Positions 1-9,892 of a stretch of 64,000 bases of DNA are shown here, in pieces. A model generated the notes under the pieces. The model did no database searches, was not told where the DNA came from, and was given only the letters and a program-made list of their open reading frames with translations. The stretch covers positions 29,983-93,982 of the forward strand of contig CAZKFC010000001.1 of assembly GCA_964552005.1 (NCBI GenBank), read 5' to 3'. Each line of letters starts with the position of its first letter. The stretch's first letter is position 1. A program made the translations under genes and the position numbers. The stretch comes from an uncultured Methanosarcinales archaeon (GTDB lineage Archaea > Nanobdellota > Nanobdellia > Woesearchaeales > GW2011-AR15).

Positions 1-295
1 CTGTTTCAAGCGATTTCAAACTAGACTCAACCTTTCTTACAAAAGCATCTTTTTCAGATGAATACTCTTTCTCTTTTTCTTTAACCTCTTTTTCTGTTAG
101 TTTTCTTTGGAGCAGGAAGGTTTTTGAAAACCGATATTCTATGCTTATGATTTTTTCTTCTTCAAGAAAGTCTGCCCACTCTTGGATAACCACTTTACTT
201 ATTCCTAATTTTCTGGCAGCATCTTCAACAGAAACCCTTTTTTCTTTATTAATAAGCTCCACTAACCTGTCAACACCAGTTTCTATTTTCGCCAT
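1..295 (-). CDS. Partial winged-helix/HTH protein followed by a K/E-rich coiled-coil; C-terminus lies beyond the window start
   Basis: Reverse-complement translation from the ATG at 293-295 gives MAKIETGVDRLVELINKEKRVSVEDAARKLGISKVVIQEWADFLEEEKIISIEY..., an HTH-like segment, then a KEVKEKEKE-rich stretch. The ORF runs off the window edge, so it is absent from the supplied ORF track. Confidence 0.4.
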   Translation of the reverse strand, partial: MAKIETGVDRLVELINKEKRVSVEDAARKLGISKVVIQEWADFLEEEKIISIEYRFSKTFLLQRKLTEKEVKEKEKEYSSEKDAFVRKVESSLKSLET

Positions 296-344
296 AACAT
301 ATCCCTAAAACGCCCTTGGTATAAAAAGATTACGGAAACACGTT

Positions 345-872
345 TTATGTTGTAATAAACTTATAAAGAGAACTAATGCTTTTTTTAACGTTTTTTGTGT
401 TCATACCTAGTGATCTTGCTATACTCAACAAATCATACTTAGATCTTAACTCTTTTGGATAATGTGCAAAACTTGCAATACACAACTTTACATCATATTT
501 TTGACATAGCTTCATAATGAACTTCTGTTCTTCAATTTGCTTGTACTTTAAGATTTGATAAAATGGAAGAGCAACAACATTGTTATGCCTTTTTATATCT
601 TTAATTAAGACCTGGTTTACTGTTTTTAAGGGAGCATGAAAATTCTTGCTTGTTCTGTAATCATAATAAAAAACACACTTTTTTCCCAAAATCTTGAACT
701 TGTTTAAATATCCGCCAGATTCTTGCATAGCAGAAAATGTTTTTATTGTGTCCTTGCTAATTACTTTACTGGGTTTATCATAAACGAAAATCAAGGCATC
801 TGTTTTTAGTTTTTTTGCTATTAAAATAAATTCTTTTTCATTGTTGTTTGGGAAGCAAACATCTACAAACAT
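345..872 (-). CDS. RNase P protein component 3 (Rpp30/Rnp3)-like TIM-barrel protein
   Basis: 175 aa. The C-terminal half (NNVVALPFYQIL...KYDVKLCIASFAHYPKELRSKYDLLSIARSLGM) resembles the conserved C-terminal region of archaeal Rpp30. The protein is shorter than typical Rpp30. Confidence 0.45.
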   Translation of the reverse strand: MFVDVCFPNNNEKEFILIAKKLKTDALIFVYDKPSKVISKDTIKTFSAMQESGGYLNKFKILGKKCVFYYDYRTSKNFHAPLKTVNQVLIKDIKRHNNVVALPFYQILKYKQIEEQKFIMKLCQKYDVKLCIASFAHYPKELRSKYDLLSIARSLGMNTKNVKKSISSLYKFITT

Positions 873-903
873 ACAATAAAAGAATAAGAGTTATAATAAA
901 AAA

Positions 904-1764
904 TTATATGGTTTTAATTAATATACATTTATTGCAGACAGTTTTTGATGAAGGATTTCCGCACAGTTTGCATATCTTTATAGTTCCTTTTTCTTTTATC
1001 TTTTTTTTATATTTTAAAAACCAATTTATTATGTTCAATTTTATGTTTGGTTGGGTAAGTTCCAGTTTATCTAACAGTCTTAATATACGCAGCCTAAACG
1101 AATATTGTTTGTTCGGGCAACAACACGAATAAGGGTTTACTTTCTTTAATTTTGAATATAATGAAACTTCTTTTTCCGTACATAAATATAATGGTTTGAC
1201 TCTTTTTGTAAAATTTTTAATTGTTTTAACACCGGAAATAGGACCCAATCTAGGCAATATATCAAGATTGTTCTTCAATAAATTCATTATGATGGCTTGT
1301 GCTTCATCATCCATGTTGTGACCTGTGGCCAAAACATCATAGCCTTTTGTATATTTATTTAATATGTCTCTGCGAAAAACACCGCAGACAGAACACTTGC
1401 TCCCTATAATATTCATTTTATCTAACGGCTTTCCAAATTCCTTTTTGAAAGAATAAACCTTTAACTTGATATTGTTTTTTTTACAAAAAAGTTTGACATT
1501 ATCTAGGGTTTTGTCTCTATAACCAAAAATACCTTCGTCAATTGAAATAGCCGTCACATTATAACCTAATTTATTTAATATAGTTAAAACAGACATTGAA
1601 TCTTTACCGCCAGAAACAGCAACAGCAACTTTATCAGATTTTTTAAGTAGCTTGAATCTTTTAATGGCTAGCTTTACCTTGTCTTCAAAATATTCAATAA
1701 AATGTCTTTCGCAAAAATTTTTGTATATACCTTTATTTTTACATAATTTGCATTTCATAACCAA
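904..1764 (-). CDS. tRNA thiolation PP-loop ATPase (NcsA/Ncs6/TtcA family) with N- and C-terminal CxxC zinc fingers
   Basis: SGGKDS PP-loop motif. N-terminal CKLC...C and C-terminal CKLCGN...CNKC cysteine pairs, typical of the archaeal Ncs6/Ctu1-like family. Confidence 0.65.
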   Translation of the reverse strand: MVMKCKLCKNKGIYKNFCERHFIEYFEDKVKLAIKRFKLLKKSDKVAVAVSGGKDSMSVLTILNKLGYNVTAISIDEGIFGYRDKTLDNVKLFCKKNNIKLKVYSFKKEFGKPLDKMNIIGSKCSVCGVFRRDILNKYTKGYDVLATGHNMDDEAQAIIMNLLKNNLDILPRLGPISGVKTIKNFTKRVKPLYLCTEKEVSLYSKLKKVNPYSCCCPNKQYSFRLRILRLLDKLELTQPNIKLNIINWFLKYKKKIKEKGTIKICKLCGNPSSKTVCNKCILIKTI

Positions 1765-1790
1765 AACAGAAAAACTAGGAGCTTAAAACT

Positions 1791-2498
1791 TTATCCCCAT
1801 GCATCTAGGTGTATTTGTTCTTCTTCCACATTAAGAGAAAGTAATGCATTTTTTATTGCTGTCATCATAGGAGGAGGTCCCACCAAAAAATAATCTTTTC
1901 CCTTTACCTTGTTTTGAGTAGCCTCTTTGATAAAATCTGAATCAATAAACCCGGTATGGAAATGCCACGTCTCGTTTGGATGGTCTACAGTAAGGTATAA
2001 TTTAAAATTTGGATGGTCTTTTAAATAGCCGTTTAATTCGTTAACCATAATAATGTCTTCAGGCGATCTTGAGCCATATATTATTATAACATTAATGTCA
2101 TTGAGGTTGTTGTCAAAAATGTATTTGCACATTGCCCTAAATGGACTAATTCCAGAACCGCCGGCAATAAACACAACGTCTTTAAACTTATCATCAAAAA
2201 CAAAATTGCCAACAGGACCGACAAAAACCAAAGAATCCCCGATTTTTAGCTGGTGTAAATAGGTTGACATTATTCCATTAGGAATGTGCTTAACTGTAAT
2301 CTGTAAAAAATCTTCAGTTGGTGATGATGACAAAGAATAAGATCTCTTGATTAATTCATCACCAAATTGGTGCTCAAAAACACAGTATTGTCCGGCTTTA
2401 TAGTTAAAATTTTCTGGCCGTTCAAATTTTATAGATTTTGTATCGTGTGTCTCTTCTTTTATTTCGATAATTTTAGATGTGTGGTTCATTTGTATCAA
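1791..2498 (-). CDS. FAD/NAD(P)-binding oxidoreductase, ferredoxin-NADP reductase-like
   Basis: RSYSLSS (RxYS FAD-binding motif) and GGSGISP (NAD-binding glycine motif) in the order typical of the FNR fold. No C-terminal Cys cluster. Confidence 0.7.
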   Translation of the reverse strand: MIQMNHTSKIIEIKEETHDTKSIKFERPENFNYKAGQYCVFEHQFGDELIKRSYSLSSSPTEDFLQITVKHIPNGIMSTYLHQLKIGDSLVFVGPVGNFVFDDKFKDVVFIAGGSGISPFRAMCKYIFDNNLNDINVIIIYGSRSPEDIIMVNELNGYLKDHPNFKLYLTVDHPNETWHFHTGFIDSDFIKEATQNKVKGKDYFLVGPPPMMTAIKNALLSLNVEEEQIHLDAWG

Positions 2499-2528
2499 TA
2501 TTTTCTGAGGATAGAAACTATATAAAGA

Positions 2529-3458
2529 TTACTTTTTTAATTCATTATCAATAATATTACTAAAATATCTCAAAGGTTTCGGGCCAACGACAACAGCATC
2601 ATTAATAAAAAAAGTAGGCGTGCCATAAACACCAGATTTTTTACCGTCTTCAAAGTCTTTATTAATTTCTTCAATATATTTTTCTGTTTCTAAACATTGA
2701 GTAAATTGAGCCATATCTAAATTTAATTCATTAGCTATGTCAAGGGCCATTTCAAAATCAAAGTTATGTTCAAAATGCTCGTCAAATAACAAGTTATGGT
2801 ATTTCCAAAACGTGTCTTGTTCAAGAGCACAATTTGCGGATAATGCACGCATCATTGAATTTTGATGAGTAGGCAGAGGAAAATCTCTATAGACAAACTT
2901 AATCTTACCTTCATACTTTTGTATTATGTTACGAACAACAGCTTCTGCTTTCCTTGTGTATGGACAACCGTAGCAGCCAAACTCTATTATTATAACTTTA
3001 GCGTTTTCTGGTCCTAAACTGGGATCATTATCTACACTAGGCATTATAAATTCTGTAGTTCCTCCAATAATGTTTGGATCGCCGCAAAAACCAACTTCTT
3101 GGTTAGGATGTAAAGCATCAAAAATACAAAACCTGCCTGAATTCTCACCATTACAATTACCATACACAACATAAAAATATATCCCTCTTACAGAGAAGAA
3201 GATTGATACTAGCAACAAAATTGTAAATATCCAGGAAAGAACTTCGAATCTCTTAACAACAAACCTGGCTAATTTAATATTTTTTCTAGATATTAAACCA
3301 ACTAATTTGTTTTTCAATTTTCTGTCCATGCCGGATTGACATGGTCTTAATGTTACACGTCTAAAAACACAGTCAAATGCTGCAATTGCTAATTTCCTAT
3401 ATTTGACACTAAATATTCCTAATATACTAAAGACAATTAGGGCAACAAAACAAATCAT
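2529..3458 (-). CDS. Membrane-anchored thioredoxin-fold protein, DsbA family (CxxC active site)
   Basis: Two N-terminal hydrophobic helices. C-terminal domain carries GCYGCPYT (CxxC) and ...GTPTFFIN..., typical of DsbA-like thiol-disulfide oxidoreductases. Confidence 0.65.
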   Translation of the reverse strand: MICFVALIVFSILGIFSVKYRKLAIAAFDCVFRRVTLRPCQSGMDRKLKNKLVGLISRKNIKLARFVVKRFEVLSWIFTILLLVSIFFSVRGIYFYVVYGNCNGENSGRFCIFDALHPNQEVGFCGDPNIIGGTTEFIMPSVDNDPSLGPENAKVIIIEFGCYGCPYTRKAEAVVRNIIQKYEGKIKFVYRDFPLPTHQNSMMRALSANCALEQDTFWKYHNLLFDEHFEHNFDFEMALDIANELNLDMAQFTQCLETEKYIEEINKDFEDGKKSGVYGTPTFFINDAVVVGPKPLRYFSNIIDNELKK

Positions 3459-3541
3459 TTTAACATGGTATAAACAAACCGTTTTTATAATTTATTATTT
3501 CCAAAAAGTTTATATAAGGTTTAAATTTGGTTTATTATAAA

Positions 3542-4444
3542 ATGGATAGAAAAAGTGCATTACTCCTGGTTTTCTCAACAGCTATAATAAGCGGGATTTC
3601 CATATATATGAACAAATTTGCAGTTTCCGGGATAAATTCAACAATATTTACATTTTCAAAAAATATTACTGTAGCATTATTTTTATTTTCTTTAATATTT
3701 TTCACAACAAAATTTAAAGAATTTTCCTTATTAAAGAAAAAAGACTGGCTAAAACTAATGTTAATAGGTCTTATTGGCGGCTCTATTCCTTTTATATTAT
3801 TTTTTAAGGGCTTACAATTAACTTCTGGTGCATCTGCTTCTTTAATACACAAGACAATGTTTTTGTTTGTAATAATCTTAGCAGTTATGTTCTTAAAAGA
3901 AAAATTAAACAAGAAAGTTATTCTTGCAACAATTCTTTTAATGATAGGAAATTATTTGTTATTAAGGCCCAGTTGGTCTTTTGGTATAGGAGATTTATTA
4001 GTATTAACAGCCACTTTATTTTGGGCCGTTGAAAATACTTTATCTAAATATGTTTTGAAAGAGTTGTCCGGGAATTTAGTAGCTTTTGGCAGGATGTTCT
4101 TCGGCTCATTGTTTATTTTAATTTATTTAGTATCTATAAATAAAGCTAGTTTGATAACAACCCTGACATCTGCACAAGTCAGCTGGATTTTTGTAACGTC
4201 AGGCTTTTTGTTTATGTATGTCTTTACTTGGTATAATGGTCTTAAACATGTTAATGCATCATTAGCAACAGCCATTTTACTATTGGGATCACCAATCACT
4301 ACTTTACTTAGATTTGCTACAGGAACACCAATAACATTGGCACAAGCATCAGGAACACTGTTTTTGCTTACTGGTGTTATTGTTTTCATGAATTCCACCA
4401 GGCAATTTAATTTTAATGAATTATTATGGAAACTAAAGCTCTAG
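3542..4444 (+). CDS. EamA/DMT superfamily transporter
   Basis: About 10 predicted TM helices in two repeated halves. Start placed at MDRKS (3542) because a TATA-like tttatata sits about 25 nt upstream, suggesting a leaderless start. The ORF track begins at 3527. Confidence 0.6.
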   Translation: MDRKSALLLVFSTAIISGISIYMNKFAVSGINSTIFTFSKNITVALFLFSLIFFTTKFKEFSLLKKKDWLKLMLIGLIGGSIPFILFFKGLQLTSGASASLIHKTMFLFVIILAVMFLKEKLNKKVILATILLMIGNYLLLRPSWSFGIGDLLVLTATLFWAVENTLSKYVLKELSGNLVAFGRMFFGSLFILIYLVSINKASLITTLTSAQVSWIFVTSGFLFMYVFTWYNGLKHVNASLATAILLLGSPITTLLRFATGTPITLAQASGTLFLLTGVIVFMNSTRQFNFNELLWKLKL

Positions 4445-5175
4445 ATTATTTATGTAGATTTTCTCTTATTACAAATAAATTAAGATACTGCGGTCCTAAA
4501 GGCGCTTACAAAGATTTCTCATTATTATTACAAGGCAAAAAACATGATAAAGAAAAGATAAAAAAACATTTTATGAAGTATGAAGGCCTGTATGTATATC
4601 TTGATTATATGGCTGAAAAACTTAACAAGCAGCCCTTTGATTACGATATTGTAGAAGCGTATTGGACAGGCAATAATCTATTAGATGACTTCGATGACAA
4701 TGATTTGAAAGAAATAATAAATGGCTTAACTAAAAGGGGATTGCCAGAAAAACATGCCGATACTTTAATTGAGAGATTACCAAAAGGAATGAATCCGAGC
4801 CATTCTTTCAATGTTTTATTTGTTGGTGTTGGGATGACTACTGGAAGTGTTCCAACCAACATAATAACAATGAACAAATGCATTTTATCTATAGGAAAGG
4901 TTCTTAAGACACTAAAAGACCAGTTAATGGTTGCTGTCAACCCTTTAATCATAAAAGATGAATTATTAAAACTCGGCGAGCAAAAAATAATGAATGTTGA
5001 ATATAATCCGGATTTTATTAATTGTAAAATAAGAGATAAAATTGCTATTCATTGGGATTATGCATGTAAAGTTCTAACTAAAGAAGAAGAAAGTAATTTG
5101 AAAAAATATACTGAACAAAACATCAGTGCGCTTAACTCAACATTGTTTTTTTCCAGTGCTCCAAAGATAATTTAG
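4426..5175 (+). CDS. Hypothetical protein, 249 aa, immediately upstream of hypC and the hydrogenase genes
   Basis: Long ORF with coding-like composition and no family I recognise. Its 3' end overlaps hypC convergently. Confidence 0.35.
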   Translation: METKALDYLCRFSLITNKLRYCGPKGAYKDFSLLLQGKKHDKEKIKKHFMKYEGLYVYLDYMAEKLNKQPFDYDIVEAYWTGNNLLDDFDDNDLKEIINGLTKRGLPEKHADTLIERLPKGMNPSHSFNVLFVGVGMTTGSVPTNIITMNKCILSIGKVLKTLKDQLMVAVNPLIIKDELLKLGEQKIMNVEYNPDFINCKIRDKIAIHWDYACKVLTKEEESNLKKYTEQNISALNSTLFFSSAPKII

Positions 5176-5344
5176 CGTTTTCTTCTGGTACAATATCTAC
5201 AATAAATTGTCCCACCACCAAAACCCAGTCTCCTATTTTTGGTTTAATATCAGCAATAATTGCTTCCCTTTTTTCAATATTGTAATCAATTACAGCTTTA
5301 TTTTCTTTTATGTTAATAACTTTTCCAGGTATTTGGAGGCACAT
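5132..5344 (-). CDS. hypC: [NiFe]-hydrogenase assembly chaperone HypC/HupF
   Basis: 70 aa beginning MCLQIPGKVI, the hallmark MC(L/I)x(I/V)P N-terminus of HypC with the essential Cys2. Size is typical. Confidence 0.75.
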   Translation of the reverse strand: MCLQIPGKVINIKENKAVIDYNIEKREAIIADIKPKIGDWVLVVGQFIVDIVPEENAKLSLEHWKKTMLS

Positions 5345-5385
5345 GCTCCTTTAAAATATATTTGTCTTTATATTCTTTACACAAA

Positions 5386-5394
5386 TTTTAAATA
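5386..5394 (+). promoter_or_regulatory. TATA-box-like element (ttttaaata) about 24 nt upstream of the hydrogenase small-subunit ATG; suggests a leaderless transcript
   Basis: AT-rich TATA-like octamer at the distance expected for archaeal promoters relative to the start at 5418. Confidence 0.3.
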
Positions 5395-5417
5395 CCAGCA
5401 ACATTTGAAAGTTTTTT

Positions 5418-5909
5418 ATGCCAGAACAAAAAAAACTTAAAATAGGGTGGTTTTCATTTTCTTGTTGTGAAGATTCTACAATTGTTTTTGTCGAATTGTT
5501 AAATGATCATTACAAAGAATGGTTGCCTTTATTAGAGTTTAGGCATGTTAATGTTTTAAAATCAAAAAACGAATTATCAGATATTGATGTTGCTTTTGTT
5601 GAAGGAGCAATTGCCAATGACAAAGATGAAGCAGAGTTAAAAGAGATTAGAAAAGTTAGTAAAAAATTAGTTGCAATAGGAAGTTGTGCTGTTAAAGGCA
5701 ACCCCAGTAATCAAAGGAACGATTTTGATGAAGAAAAGAAAAAACACATCCAAAACTTTGTCACTACATGGGGCCTAAATGAAAAAGTTAAAACTTTAAA
5801 AGAATGTGTTACAGTAGATGATGAAGTTGACGGATGTCCAATGAATGAAGAAGTTTTTCTTAATGTGTTAAATAAATATCTTAAGGAATTTGGTGTGGTA
5901 AATGCATAG
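5418..5909 (+). CDS. [NiFe]-hydrogenase small subunit, NuoB-like, proximal [4Fe-4S] cluster only
   Basis: 163 aa with FSFSCCEDS, IGSCAVKG and GCPM motifs (the four Cys of the proximal cluster, as in NuoB and group 3/4 small subunits). No ferredoxin-like extension. Overlaps the large-subunit start. Confidence 0.75.
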   Translation: MPEQKKLKIGWFSFSCCEDSTIVFVELLNDHYKEWLPLLEFRHVNVLKSKNELSDIDVAFVEGAIANDKDEAELKEIRKVSKKLVAIGSCAVKGNPSNQRNDFDEEKKKHIQNFVTTWGLNEKVKTLKECVTVDDEVDGCPMNEEVFLNVLNKYLKEFGVVNA

Positions 5910-7191
5910 TGTTGATATGGACTTAAGTATTGATAAAATAAGTAAGATAGAAGGACACGGTCAACTTGATTTAAAGATAAGGAACGGCAAAGTTGAGGAG
6001 TTAAAATTTAAAATAACAGAGAATAAAAGATTCTATACAAAAGCAATTGAAGGCAAACCTTTTATAGCCGCGCCTTCGTTAATGTCTAGGATATGTGGAA
6101 CCTGTTCAATATCTCATTTGTTGTGCTGTATAACTGCTATAGAAAATGCCCTAAACTATGAACCAAGTGAACAAATTAAGGTATTGAGAAAATTAACAAC
6201 ATATGGTTTGATGATTAGAGATCACGCGCTTCATCTATATTTTTTTTCATTGCCAGATGTTTTTGAGAAAGACTCTATTTTGGACTTTGATCCAAATAAT
6301 AAAAAAGAACACGACATGGTTCACGAAGCTTTTGCAGTGAAGTCTGCCGGTAACAATTTATCAAAAGCAATAGCCGGCAAAGCAGTACACGCGCCGTTCC
6401 CAATGGTGGGCGGATTTACAAAAATACCAGATAAAGAAACAATTAAAAAGAGCATTACGGAGTTAAAAGAAGTTCGTCCATTGGTTTTTAATTTAATGAG
6501 AATATTTGAGGAATGGCCTTATGCATTAAAAAGAAAAACAACTTTTGTTGCACAAAAATCTAAAGACTTTAGTTTTATGGACGGACCCATTGTAACAACA
6601 GACGGAGAAACTATTGACAAGGACAAATACACTGATTATTTAGAACGCGTGGTAATACCTTATTCAACTGCCACAGGCTATAATTTTAAGAAAGGAAATT
6701 ATTTTGTAGGTGCTTTAGCCAGACTGAATTTAAATAAAGAAGCATTGCACCCAAATACAAAAAAAGACGCTGCTAGGTTCTTAAAATGGTTTCCTAGTGA
6801 TAATGTTTTTGACAATAATTTAGCACAGGCAATTGAGATATTGCATGCCATAGATCACTCTATAGAATTATTAGAAAAAACAGAGTTTAAGCCAGAAAAA
6901 TTAACTATAATAAAACCGAAAAAATGTTCTGGTACAGGCGTGGTTGAAGCACCCCGTGGCACACTATATTATAAGGTAGATATTAATGAAACAGGTGTAA
7001 TTACACATACCGATGTTATAGTGCCAACCCAGCAAAACCAGATCAATATTGAACACGACATCAAACATTTTGTTGAACAAAACCTTACCTTAAATAAAGA
7101 AAAAATGGCTTTGGAAATTGAAAAAATCATAAGAGCATATGATCCGTGCATGAGCTGTGCTACTCATTTCTTGAAAATAAATTGGTTATAA
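5902..7191 (+). CDS. [NiFe]-hydrogenase large (catalytic) subunit
   Basis: N-terminal RICGTCSISH (L1 motif RxCGxCxxxH) and C-terminal DPCMSCATH (L2 motif DPCxxCxxH), followed by a 7-aa tail (FLKINWL) that the maturation protease would remove. Confidence 0.85.
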   Translation: MHSVDMDLSIDKISKIEGHGQLDLKIRNGKVEELKFKITENKRFYTKAIEGKPFIAAPSLMSRICGTCSISHLLCCITAIENALNYEPSEQIKVLRKLTTYGLMIRDHALHLYFFSLPDVFEKDSILDFDPNNKKEHDMVHEAFAVKSAGNNLSKAIAGKAVHAPFPMVGGFTKIPDKETIKKSITELKEVRPLVFNLMRIFEEWPYALKRKTTFVAQKSKDFSFMDGPIVTTDGETIDKDKYTDYLERVVIPYSTATGYNFKKGNYFVGALARLNLNKEALHPNTKKDAARFLKWFPSDNVFDNNLAQAIEILHAIDHSIELLEKTEFKPEKLTIIKPKKCSGTGVVEAPRGTLYYKVDINETGVITHTDVIVPTQQNQINIEHDIKHFVEQNLTLNKEKMALEIEKIIRAYDPCMSCATHFLKINWL

Positions 7192-7549
7192 TTTCTTTAA
7201 TTTGTTTTACAGCTTCTTTTTCTTCTATATTATAAGGAACACCAATTATATTTACCTTTTTTACAAGACCAAACTTTTTCATTAATTTTAGATTATAGCC
7301 AAGATCAAAATCATGCAATGAACATACATTTTGCAATTGTATTTTATCTATGTTTTTGATTAATTTAACTTCCTTAATATCAAGAACAGTATCAATTATT
7401 GTTAAAGAAGTTTGTTTTGGAAAATTCTCGCTTGGATCTAATTCAATGAATTCATGTTTTGGCAAGGCTTTTCTTAATTCTGGGAGAATTTTTATTGGCA
7501 AAGAATCTTGTTCAATAAGCAAATTACCCATAACATAGATTTTTTTCAT
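7160..7549 (-). CDS. Hydrogenase maturation endopeptidase (HycI/HoxW/FrhD family)
   Basis: 129 aa with an N-terminal VMGN...D segment and an internal SLHDFDLG (H-D) motif typical of the family. Convergent with, and overlapping, the large-subunit 3' end. Confidence 0.6.
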   Translation of the reverse strand: MKKIYVMGNLLIEQDSLPIKILPELRKALPKHEFIELDPSENFPKQTSLTIIDTVLDIKEVKLIKNIDKIQLQNVCSLHDFDLGYNLKLMKKFGLVKKVNIIGVPYNIEEKEAVKQIKEIITNLFSRNE

Positions 7550-7550
7550 A

Positions 7551-7940
7551 TTACTTGTTAAGATACTTATAAATGCCTAATTTAATGATTTTCAATGGTA
7601 GCATGGCGCATTTTATTCTTACATGACTTAACTTTATACCTAACAATTTTAAGACATCTTCTTTGTCTAGTTTTTTAACATCGTTTAAAGACATTCCTTT
7701 TATCTTTTCTGTTAACATAGATGCAGATGCAGTTGATATTGCACAACCGTGTCCAATAAATTTCACGTCTTTTATTTTATCATCTTTAATAACAAATTCC
7801 ATGTCAAAACTATCTCCGCATAAAGGATTAGAATCATGTATTTTTATATCATATTTTCCTAAGCTGCCAAAATTACGAGGATTTTCATAATGATATAAAA
7901 TATTTTCTTGATACATGTCTAATGACATTTTATTTCCCAA
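7551..7940 (-). CDS. sufU: Fe-S cluster scaffold SufU/IscU-like (NifU N-terminal domain)
   Basis: NPLCGDSF..., GHGCAIS... and a C-terminal ...CAMLP... segment give the three conserved Cys of U-type scaffolds. Directly downstream of sufS. Confidence 0.8.
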   Translation of the reverse strand: MGNKMSLDMYQENILYHYENPRNFGSLGKYDIKIHDSNPLCGDSFDMEFVIKDDKIKDVKFIGHGCAISTASASMLTEKIKGMSLNDVKKLDKEDVLKLLGIKLSHVRIKCAMLPLKIIKLGIYKYLNK

Positions 7941-9159
7941 ATATCTGTTTAACTTTTTTTAATCCTTTAACAAGAACATCTATTTCGGCTTTTGTATTAT
8001 AGATGTAGAAACTGGCTCTGCATGTTGCATATGTTCCTAATCTCTCAGTTAAAGGCTGTGCACAATGGTGGCCGCTTCTTATTGCAACACCATATTCGCT
8101 GTCTAATAAACTGGCTACGTCATGCGGATGAATGCCTTCTAAATTAAAAGTAATTAAGCCGCCTCTAATCTCGGGGTCAGTTGGCCCATATATTTTAATG
8201 CCTTCAATTTCAGATATTTTGTCAATGGCATATTTTGTCAATTCCATTTCATGCTTTCTAATATTTTTCATACCCAGTTTATTAAGATAATCAATTGCAG
8301 CAGCCAATCCAACAGCACCACCAACATTAGGAGTGCCGGCTTCAAATTTCCACGGCAAATCATTCCATTTAGACCCTTCTAATTTCACTTCTCTAATCAT
8401 ATCTCCACCTGCCAAAAAAGGATGCATTTTTTCTAAAATTGCTTTTTTCCCATATAATGCACCAGTTCCCATTGGGGCCAACATTTTATGGCCAGAAAAT
8501 ACTAAAAAGTCAGCATCTATTTTTCTAACATCAACTGGCATATGAGGAACGCTTTGTGCAGCATCCACTAAAAATAATGCGCCATGTTTGTGAGCTATTT
8601 TTCCAATCTGCTTAACATCATTAATAGTGCCGACAACGTTGGATGAATGCACAATTGTAACAAGTTTAGTTTTATTAGTGATTTTTTCTTTCAAATCATC
8701 CATGTTTAGTGTGCCATTTTCGTTAATATCTGCAAATTTCAATACAACACCTTTCTCTTTCAATAATTGCCACGTTACAATATTTGCATGATGTTCCATA
8801 ACCGTACTTAAAATTTCATCTCCTTTTTGCAGATTGTGCATGGCCCAACCATACATCACCAAGTTAACACCTTCTGTCGCATTCCTAACAAAAATAATTT
8901 CTTGCATAGGGTGTTTCGCATTAATGAATTTGCCGACTTTTTTATGAGCTTCATCATACATATCTGAAGCCTCCTCTGATAAAGTATGAACGCCTCTGTG
9001 TATGTTTGCATTATGATTTTCATAATAATTATTTAATGCATTAAGAACTTGCTTTGGCTTTTGAGTTGTGGCGGCATTGTCAAAATATATTAGAGGTTTG
9101 CCATTTATTTTTCTGCTTAGGATAGGAAAATCTTCCCTGATTTTTTTTATGTTATACAC
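7930..9159 (-). CDS. sufS: Cysteine desulfurase SufS (class V aminotransferase, group II)
   Basis: PLP-lysine region SGHKM, the RSGHHCAQP motif and a typical SufS N-terminal region. 409 aa. Confidence 0.9.
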   Translation of the reverse strand: MYNIKKIREDFPILSRKINGKPLIYFDNAATTQKPKQVLNALNNYYENHNANIHRGVHTLSEEASDMYDEAHKKVGKFINAKHPMQEIIFVRNATEGVNLVMYGWAMHNLQKGDEILSTVMEHHANIVTWQLLKEKGVVLKFADINENGTLNMDDLKEKITNKTKLVTIVHSSNVVGTINDVKQIGKIAHKHGALFLVDAAQSVPHMPVDVRKIDADFLVFSGHKMLAPMGTGALYGKKAILEKMHPFLAGGDMIREVKLEGSKWNDLPWKFEAGTPNVGGAVGLAAAIDYLNKLGMKNIRKHEMELTKYAIDKISEIEGIKIYGPTDPEIRGGLITFNLEGIHPHDVASLLDSEYGVAIRSGHHCAQPLTERLGTYATCRASFYIYNTKAEIDVLVKGLKKVKQIFGK

Positions 9160-9163
9160 GCAA

Positions 9164-9892
9164 TCACCTTATTTTGGCAGTAAGTGCCTTATTAAATTTA
9201 GTTTGTAGCTCATTATCTAGTCTATTTATGACTGGTGCAAAGTAGCCTTTGATTATTAATCTTTCTGCTTCTTTTCTTGATAGACCTCTAGTCATTAAAT
9301 AAAATATTTCTTCTTCATTCGGTTTGCCAATGGTAGCACCATGGCTTGCTCTAACGTCGTTAGCATCTATCTTTAAGCTTGGGATAGAAAAAGCTTCTGC
9401 ATCATCACTCATTAGAAGATTATGATTAGATAAATATGAATTAGTATTTTGTGCACCTTCATTAATTTTAATTTTGCCTTTGAAATTTGATTTAGATTTA
9501 TCAAACAAAACACCCTTTACAAGTATATTGCTTGTAGTATTTTTCTTTACATGTGTAATATTCGTTGTGATATCAAAATTTTGATTGCTATTTCCTAAAA
9601 AGAAACCCTGAGTTTTTGATTCAGTCCCTTCATCATTCAGATTTGTATTTATTTGAAATTTCTTACTATTAAATAATCCGAAAAAATAATTTATTTTACT
9701 ATCTCTTTCAAGGTGTGCATTACATATAAATTCAGAATCTTTATTCTGCAAGATATAGAAATTTACAGAGGAATTTTTCTTTAAATAAAGATTAAGATTT
9801 CCGCTCGTTGAAATAATATCAAGGTGCGTATTTTCCTTTACAGTAAAATCTCCAATAATATCTTTCTCTATTACTTCTTTTAATATGTTCAT
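9164..9892 (-). CDS. sufD: Fe-S cluster assembly protein SufD (short form)
   Basis: SufB/SufD-family C-terminal beta-helix region (…[34 protein letters not shown]…). Sits between sufB and sufS, with a 4-nt overlap with sufB. Confidence 0.6.
   Translation of the reverse strand: MNILKEVIEKDIIGDFTVKENTHLDIISTSGNLNLYLKKNSSVNFYILQNKDSEFICNAHLERDSKINYFFGLFNSKKFQINTNLNDEGTESKTQGFFLGNSNQNFDITTNITHVKKNTTSNILVKGVLFDKSKSNFKGKIKINEGAQNTNSYLSNHNLLMSDDAEAFSIPSLKIDANDVRASHGATIGKPNEEEIFYLMTRGLSRKEAERLIIKGYFAPVINRLDNELQTKFNKALTAKIR

Noticed and set aside
5207-5440. 77-aa plus-strand ORF overlapping hypC and the hydrogenase promoter
   Set aside because: Antisense to hypC, which has an unambiguous MCLQIP start. 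The translation is low complexity.
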